Part shown: piece by piece, positions 57,791-64,000 of the stretch | Numbering within the stretch: the first letter of the stretch is position 1 | Layout: each line of letters starts with the position of its first letter | Source: a virus | IMG/VR virus record: IMGVR_UViG_3300009155_000044 | Coordinates: 32,001-96,000 of that record | DNA length: 64,000 nt | Reading direction: 5' to 3' (one strand) | The notes under the pieces: generated by a model | What the model was told of the DNA's origin: nothing | What the model saw: the letters and a program-made list of their open reading frames with translations, nothing else | Database searches by the model: none | Program-made: the position numbers and the translations under genes

Positions 57791-58414
57791 ATGAAAACTT
57801 TTTACGCAGAAGATAACACTGATCAAATAGCAAGAGACAAATATTTCCCAGATTATTCTTACAAAGGCACTATTGTAGAAATTGGAGCAGCTACTCCTGT
57901 TTTTTTGTCTATGACAAAGCATTTTAAAGATAATGGATGGAGAGCAGTTCACGTAGAACCAAATCCTCGTTTTATACAAAATCATTTAGATGCTCAAAAT
58001 GAAATATATCCTTATGCTTGTGGAAAAAATGACAAAGATAATGTTGATTTTACTATAGTATGCGTGAATAATGGAGAAGTTACAGATCACTCATTTTCTT
58101 CTTTTGAAATAAAAGAAGCGTATAGAAACTCAAACCCAGAGTGGGTTGATTCTTTACCAAAATCAAAAATAAAAGTAAATTCTAGAAAGCTAGATTCTAT
58201 TATTGAAGAGGCAAAAATTGATAGTATAGATATACTTTCTGTAGATACAGAGGGATGGGAGTTAGAGGTAATGGAGGGATTATCTAAAATCGAACCAACC
58301 TTGATCATTTTAGAAAATCTTTTTAATTTAAAATCGTATGCGGACTATATGGAAATGCGAAATTATAAACTAGACCATATTCAAGGTATCAATCATTTTT
58401 ATATTAAAAAATAA
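57791..58414 (+). CDS. FkbM family methyltransferase
   Basis: VEIGA, VEPNP, IDILSVDTEGWELEV. Confidence 0.85.
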   Translation: MKTFYAEDNTDQIARDKYFPDYSYKGTIVEIGAATPVFLSMTKHFKDNGWRAVHVEPNPRFIQNHLDAQNEIYPYACGKNDKDNVDFTIVCVNNGEVTDHSFSSFEIKEAYRNSNPEWVDSLPKSKIKVNSRKLDSIIEEAKIDSIDILSVDTEGWELEVMEGLSKIEPTLIILENLFNLKSYADYMEMRNYKLDHIQGINHFYIKK

Positions 58415-59016
58415 TGTTTTACTCAGATGCATCTCAAGATCAATTTGTTGCCAATATGTTTGGTTTTAAACAAAATGGATTTTATTTAGATATTGGAAGC
58501 TGTGGCGCTTATGGCGCTAATAATTCAGCATATTTTGAGACTTTAAATTGGAAAGGAATATGTGTAGAAATCAATGAACATTGGAATTCGTCATATAATA
58601 GCAGATCATGTTTTTATGTAAATAAAAATGCTTTAGAATTAGACTATCTTAAATTACTTCAAGAAACATCTGCACCTCAGTCTATTGATTATTTATCAAT
58701 GGATATAGATACCTTAAGTTTAGAGTGTTTATCAAAACTCCCCCATGATGAATATAGATTTAAAATAATAACTATAGAGCATGATCATTATTTATATGGA
58801 GATGAATATAGAGAAAAACAAAGAGATTTTTTAACAAAATTAAATTATAAATTAATTTGCTCTGATGTTTTAGTGCCGCCCAATCTTATTCAAAGGGAAA
58901 ACTGCTCTTTTGAAGATTGGTGGATCGATGAACAGCATTTTGATAATGCATTAATTGAAAAAATTAATTCATTTAATTTATATCCTCATGGAATAATTCA
59001 AAAATTTATTAAATAA
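58414..59016 (+). CDS. FkbM-like methyltransferase
   Basis: SQDQFV...YLDIGS...WKGICVE...IDYLSMDID. Confidence 0.75.
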   Translation: MFYSDASQDQFVANMFGFKQNGFYLDIGSCGAYGANNSAYFETLNWKGICVEINEHWNSSYNSRSCFYVNKNALELDYLKLLQETSAPQSIDYLSMDIDTLSLECLSKLPHDEYRFKIITIEHDHYLYGDEYREKQRDFLTKLNYKLICSDVLVPPNLIQRENCSFEDWWIDEQHFDNALIEKINSFNLYPHGIIQKFIK

Positions 59017-59020
59017 TAAA

Positions 59021-60016
59021 ATGAATCTTGAATCATTGAAGAAAAATTATAAAGTTATAGTTTGGGGGTTTAAACCTAATAACGGTTACCTTGAAAATAC
59101 AATATCATATGTTTGGGAATCATTTTATAATGCATTTAAATATTTAGGATTTGAAACATATTGGTTTGCAGATGAAAAAATAGATAATTTTGATTTTTCA
59201 AATTGTATTTTTTTAGTTGAAGCTTATCAAGATAAATACATCCCATTAGAAAAAACGTCTATATATTATGTGCATTGCGCATATAATCCAGCTAAATATG
59301 TTAATAATGTAGGTAAATTTATAGATATGAGGTATAATTTAAATAAAATTAATCATCCAAATTATATTTATGAAATAGATAAAAATAAATTAAATAAATT
59401 AAATAAAGGTTGCTATTATGAAGAGTCAACAAATAAAATTATTAGATTAACAAATGGCAGGGTTGATTATAATATTGATGATTTTGATAAGCTATATATT
59501 AGTTGGGCAACTAATTTGATGCCAAATGAAATTAATGAAGATGATATTTATTTAGAAAGAGAAAATAAAATATATTTTTTAGGTACATTATCATCAGATG
59601 GCATTTATTCAAATATAGATTTAATTAATGAATTTGCAAATGAATCAAGAAAAAATAATATAGAATTTATTATAAATAATTTTAATCATAATCAATTATC
59701 TAATAAAGATTATATGGCATTGTGCAAAAAATCTTTATTAGGTTTTGATGTTAGATGTAAAGCTCATGTTGATTGGGGTCATACTCCATGTAGAATATAT
59801 AAAAATATAAGTTATGGTCATTTAGGCATCACTAACTCATTAGAGGTTTATAAAGAATTAGATGGAAATTGTATATATAATCCAAATATTTCTGAATTAT
59901 TTTATGATTCGATGAATAAAAAAAATGATTATGATTTTATAAGACAATCATTATTGTATGTAAAAAATCATCATACATATGTTCATAGAGTTGAAAGCAT
60001 GTTAATAATACTTTAA
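59021..60016 (+). CDS. Putative GT-B glycosyltransferase (CgeB-like C-terminus)
   Basis: PCRIYKNISYG and HHTYVHRV motifs. Confidence 0.55.
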   Translation: MNLESLKKNYKVIVWGFKPNNGYLENTISYVWESFYNAFKYLGFETYWFADEKIDNFDFSNCIFLVEAYQDKYIPLEKTSIYYVHCAYNPAKYVNNVGKFIDMRYNLNKINHPNYIYEIDKNKLNKLNKGCYYEESTNKIIRLTNGRVDYNIDDFDKLYISWATNLMPNEINEDDIYLERENKIYFLGTLSSDGIYSNIDLINEFANESRKNNIEFIINNFNHNQLSNKDYMALCKKSLLGFDVRCKAHVDWGHTPCRIYKNISYGHLGITNSLEVYKELDGNCIYNPNISELFYDSMNKKNDYDFIRQSLLYVKNHHTYVHRVESMLIIL

Positions 60017-60020
60017 TTAT

Positions 60021-60743
60021 ATGAAAGTCGCGATTTGCCTTTCGGGCCAAACTAGAGATATAGAAAATACTTTAGAAAATATTAAAACTTCTTGGTTTGG
60101 ATTTAATGATTTAGATTTTTTTATACATACATGGCATTATAATAAAAATAAATCATATAGAGTAGATACTCCATCTGATATAATTGAATCTAAAATAGAT
60201 TATATAATTCAAAAATTATCGCCTAAATTAATAGTTATAGAGTCTGAAAAAATTTTTAATAAAGTTTATAAAAATTCAATAAATTGGAATTGTTTTCATC
60301 CTACTAAAAATCCCAATCCATCTCAAAATATTCAATCTATGTTTTATTCAATTTATAAATCTAATGAATTAAAAAAACAATATGAAAAAGATAATAATTT
60401 TAAATATGATTGTGTTATACGATGTAGATTTGATTATTTTTTTACTAAAAAATATGATTTAAATAATTTTAATTTTAATTTTTTAAATATTAAAAGCGAT
60501 TGCAATCATACTCCATATGCTATTAATGATCATTTAGCATTATCAAATAGTCAAATCATGGATATATATAGTGATATCTATAATAATATAGATCATTATT
60601 ATAATAAAGGTATTGAATTTAATCCTGAAGTTATATTAGGTTATCACATTCAAATAAATAATATAAATACTATAAAATCACTAGGTTCTGATGAATCTTA
60701 CGTATCAACTAAAGAGCAAAGAAGGGTAAATTTTTTTAAATAA
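60021..60743 (+). CDS. Putative glycosyltransferase-like protein
   Basis: MKVAICLSGQTR...YDCVIRCRFD...NDHLA...PEVIL. Confidence 0.6.
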   Translation: MKVAICLSGQTRDIENTLENIKTSWFGFNDLDFFIHTWHYNKNKSYRVDTPSDIIESKIDYIIQKLSPKLIVIESEKIFNKVYKNSINWNCFHPTKNPNPSQNIQSMFYSIYKSNELKKQYEKDNNFKYDCVIRCRFDYFFTKKYDLNNFNFNFLNIKSDCNHTPYAINDHLALSNSQIMDIYSDIYNNIDHYYNKGIEFNPEVILGYHIQINNINTIKSLGSDESYVSTKEQRRVNFFK

Positions 60744-60746
60744 AAT

Positions 60747-62618
60747 ATGAATATAATAATTCCAATATGTGGAATAGGTGAAAGATTTTCTGAAGAAAAT
60801 TATAATCTTCCAAAGCCATTAATTAAATCATTAGGCAAACCCATAATATATTGGACATTAGAAAATTTAAAAATAGATAAAAATGATAAAGTTTTTATTG
60901 TATATAGAGATGAATTTAAAAAATTTAATTTTGAAAGTTTACTAATTAATAAATTTAGAAAATTAAATTTTCAATTTATACCAATTAAAAATAATACGAC
61001 AGGAGCTTCTGAAACAGTTTATCATGCTTTAGAAAAAATGACTGAAGATGAATTATTAAATTTAACAATTGTTATTGATTCTGATAATTTTTATAATGAT
61101 GATATTATTACTGAAGCTAAAAATAAAAAAACAAATTTAATATTTTATCATAAAGATTTAGATAAAAATCCAATTTATTCATATATAAAAATAGATTCTC
61201 AATCAAAAGTTTTAGATATTAAAGAAAAAGAAAAAATCTCAGATAATATTTGCGTTGGAGCGTACTGTTTTGAAACAGCAAATCTATTAAAAAATTCTAT
61301 AGAATTAATTTCAAAAGAAAAAAAATACGAAAAAGAATTTTATATATCATCAATTTATAAATTTTTAATTGATAAAAATATTAGCATTTGTTCTGAAGAA
61401 GTATTAGGATTTAATTGCTTAGGAACTCCAAATCAATTAAAATCATTTTCATCAACTTTTACAATTAATAATAAAAAATGCAGATTTTGTTTTGATTTGG
61501 ATAATACATTAGTTACATATCCAGAAATAGAAGGTGACTACACAAGTGTTAAACCAATAAATAAAACAATAAATTTTTTAAATTTTTTACATTCTCTTGG
61601 TCATACAATAATTATATATACAGCTAGAAGAATGAAGACTCATTTAGGTAATGTTGGAAAAGTTCAAGCTGATATTGCAAAAATTACAATTGATTCTCTT
61701 GAAAAATTTAATATAAATTATGATGAAATTTATTTTGGGAAACCTTATGCTGATTTTTATATTGATGATTTATCATTAAAACCTTTTGATGATTTAGAAA
61801 AGGAAACTGGATTTTATAATATTCATCCACAAACAAGAAATCATAATAAAATTGAAGTATTTCAAGATTTTATTATTAAATATTCAAAAAATATAGATGG
61901 TGAAAAATATTATTATCAAAATATACCAGAAAGCTCTAAAAATTTATTTCCTAAATTAATTGATTACGGTGAAAATTTTATAAAATTAGAAAAAATTAAT
62001 GGTATACCATTATCTTTTTTAAATACAAATAATAGTTTAAATGAAAATATTTTAATTAGTTTATTTGATAAAATTAATGAATTACATCAATCCTACAATG
62101 ATGAAAATATTAATATATATTTAAATTATTATAAAAAATTTATAAATAGAATAGAAAATTATGATTTTTCAAATTATAAAAATTACGAAAAAAATAAAAA
62201 TCAAATTTTAGAATTTTTAAAAGAATATGAATTTCAAAATAAAGGAAAAATTGGCATCATACATGGAGATTTAGTTTTTACGAATATACTTATTGATAAT
62301 AAAAATAATTTAAAAATGATAGACATGAGGGGAAAAGTTGGTAATCAATTATCTATTTGTGGAGACCTATTTTATGATTGGTCAAAAATCTATCAATCAA
62401 TAATTGGATATGATCATATATTAATGGATAAAGAAATTGATAAAAATTATATAGATAAAAATAAATTAATATTTGAAAAATATATTATTTTAAAATTTAA
62501 TCAAGAAACTTTAAAAGATATTAAAGAAATTACAAAAAGTCTATTATTGTCTTTGATACCAATTCATAATAATGAAAAATGTATTAAATATTATAATTTA
62601 ATAGAAAATATATCATGA
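60747..62618 (+). CDS. Tri-domain nucleotidyltransferase / HAD phosphatase / APH-type kinase
   Basis: IIPICGIGERF...PKPLI; FDLDNTL...GKPYADFYIDD; HGDLVFTNIL...IDMRG. Confidence 0.82.
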   Translation: MNIIIPICGIGERFSEENYNLPKPLIKSLGKPIIYWTLENLKIDKNDKVFIVYRDEFKKFNFESLLINKFRKLNFQFIPIKNNTTGASETVYHALEKMTEDELLNLTIVIDSDNFYNDDIITEAKNKKTNLIFYHKDLDKNPIYSYIKIDSQSKVLDIKEKEKISDNICVGAYCFETANLLKNSIELISKEKKYEKEFYISSIYKFLIDKNISICSEEVLGFNCLGTPNQLKSFSSTFTINNKKCRFCFDLDNTLVTYPEIEGDYTSVKPINKTINFLNFLHSLGHTIIIYTARRMKTHLGNVGKVQADIAKITIDSLEKFNINYDEIYFGKPYADFYIDDLSLKPFDDLEKETGFYNIHPQTRNHNKIEVFQDFIIKYSKNIDGEKYYYQNIPESSKNLFPKLIDYGENFIKLEKINGIPLSFLNTNNSLNENILISLFDKINELHQSYNDENINIYLNYYKKFINRIENYDFSNYKNYEKNKNQILEFLKEYEFQNKGKIGIIHGDLVFTNILIDNKNNLKMIDMRGKVGNQLSICGDLFYDWSKIYQSIIGYDHILMDKEIDKNYIDKNKLIFEKYIILKFNQETLKDIKEITKSLLLSLIPIHNNEKCIKYYNLIENIS

Positions 62619-63283
62619 GTATATTAAAATATATCATGAGCATATTTATTGATTGTGGCACAAATTTCAAACAAGGATTACATGAAATTCAATCCTTACA
62701 CACAGATATTCAAAAGACATATTCTTTTGAAGCAAACACATATGTATATGATTTATTAGATAAAAATGATGGCAATATATATTTTAATTTAGCAGTATCT
62801 GATAAAACAGGTTTTGCAACTTTCCATGCTGAAAGGTGTATTGGAATGATTCAAGGCGATATTTTACATGGTGAAGATAGATTTATAGGTGGTGGGAGCA
62901 GGCTACAAGAACCTAAGCATGGGGTAAGTACTCATTTTGATTCAAATAAAAATCAAACTATTGGCGGAAATAAACAAACTAATAATATTGATGAGTTTAT
63001 TGATGATATGTATGAGAAAATAACAATACCAACTATTAGATTAGTTGATTTTATTAAATATCTAAATCTTGAAAATAATTCTATAATTTTAAAATTAGAT
63101 GTAGAGGGCGAAGAATATGCAATTCTTAAAGATATGAAGGAATCAAATATTTTTAATAAAATAAAAATATTACACGTTGAATGGCATGATTGGGCAAGAA
63201 TGCCTGAATATGATAATGCATTAACTTGGGTTAATTATTTTACTGAAAATAAAATAGAATTTACTTCTCGCGGAATAGTGTGA
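62615..63283 (+). CDS. FkbM family methyltransferase
   Basis: FIDCGTN, SFEAN, LKLDVEGEEY; alternative start at 62636. Confidence 0.8.
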   Translation: MSILKYIMSIFIDCGTNFKQGLHEIQSLHTDIQKTYSFEANTYVYDLLDKNDGNIYFNLAVSDKTGFATFHAERCIGMIQGDILHGEDRFIGGGSRLQEPKHGVSTHFDSNKNQTIGGNKQTNNIDEFIDDMYEKITIPTIRLVDFIKYLNLENNSIILKLDVEGEEYAILKDMKESNIFNKIKILHVEWHDWARMPEYDNALTWVNYFTENKIEFTSRGIV

Positions 63284-63293
63284 TTAAAATATT

Positions 63294-64000
63294 ATGAAAA
63301 TTTGTTTAGTAGCGCCTGGAATTATGCCTATTCCCCCAGATACTTGGGGGGCTGTAGAAATGATGTTATGGGATTATTATAATATTTTAATAAAAAATAA
63401 TATAGATGTTGATATTATTAATAGCCCATCTAGACTTGAAATTCTTCAAAAAGTAAACTCAGGAAATTATGATGTAGTGCATATTCATTACGATGTATTT
63501 ATTGATATTATTAATAGCATTCATTCAAAAGTAAAAATTATATCAAGTCATTATCCATTTATTAATAATCCAAATCATTATCAAAATGATGGATATGATA
63601 GACTTATAAATCAAATTGCTAATAATAAAGATTTTCATATTTTTGCATCCTCTCAAAAAGATATTGATACTTTTATAAATTTTGGAGCGAAAAAAGAAAA
63701 TACATTTTTAAGTAAATTAGGCGTAAGACATGAGCCATATTCTTTTTATGAAAAAGCAGAGTATGATAAAACTTTATGTTTTTCACAAATTGTTGATAGG
63801 AAAAGGCAGTATATAATCCAAGAGATTGAAAATATTGATTTTATGGGAAGGATATCTGATTCAAAATTTTATAATTATAAAAATTATAAAGGAGAAGTCG
63901 CTAGAGAGTTTTTGAATCAAGAAATTTCTAAATATTCTAACTTTATTTTAATTAGTTCTATTGAAAATACTACACCATTAGCCCCAAAAGAAGCTTTAAT
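63294..64000 (+). CDS. GT4-like glycosyltransferase, partial (runs off the window end)
   Basis: MKICLVAPGIMPIPPDTWGAVEMM...HIHYD; no stop seen before 64000. Not in the track. Confidence 0.75.
   Translation, partial: MKICLVAPGIMPIPPDTWGAVEMMLWDYYNILIKNNIDVDIINSPSRLEILQKVNSGNYDVVHIHYDVFIDIINSIHSKVKIISSHYPFINNPNHYQNDGYDRLINQIANNKDFHIFASSQKDIDTFINFGAKKENTFLSKLGVRHEPYSFYEKAEYDKTLCFSQIVDRKRQYIIQEIENIDFMGRISDSKFYNYKNYKGEVAREFLNQEISKYSNFILISSIENTTPLAPKEAL

Noticed and set aside
1-64000. Stop-codon recoding, intact tRNA or rRNA genes, integrase
   Set aside because: Long genes are uninterrupted in code 11, only the truncated tRNA was seen by eye, and no recombinase motif was found in this window.

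Overview
This window is 64 kb of a large, AT-rich tailed dsDNA phage genome, read in the standard genetic code. No tail sheath, integrase or DNA polymerase is visible, so the morphology is probably siphovirus-like. (1) 1-7.1 kb is a GC-richer early region of small genes built as repeated cassettes: a sigma70-type promoter with a 16-bp spacer, a nearly leaderless ORF, an intrinsic terminator, then a conserved element of two palindromes exactly 48 bp apart. It also holds a tRNA remnant reduced to acceptor stem plus T-arm. (2) 7.3-43.5 kb is the late/morphogenesis module: PhoH, a sigma factor, an ERCC4-type nuclease, a terminase with two back-to-back inteins, portal, protease/scaffold, capsid, an inverted neck/tail-tube block with duplicated tubes, a 2728-aa tape measure with nuclease-like inserts, and a Gly-repeat fibre. 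(3) 43.5-54 kb holds replication and nucleotide genes: Hsp20, SSB, a second sigma factor, dNMP kinase, dUTPase, a hairpin-rich origin candidate, nrdB, an inserted fcl, and intein-containing nrdA. (4) 54-64 kb is a very AT-rich glycan island with GT11, GT6, methyltransferases and a tri-domain sugar-activating enzyme. All protein calls come from motif recognition by eye; no database search was run.
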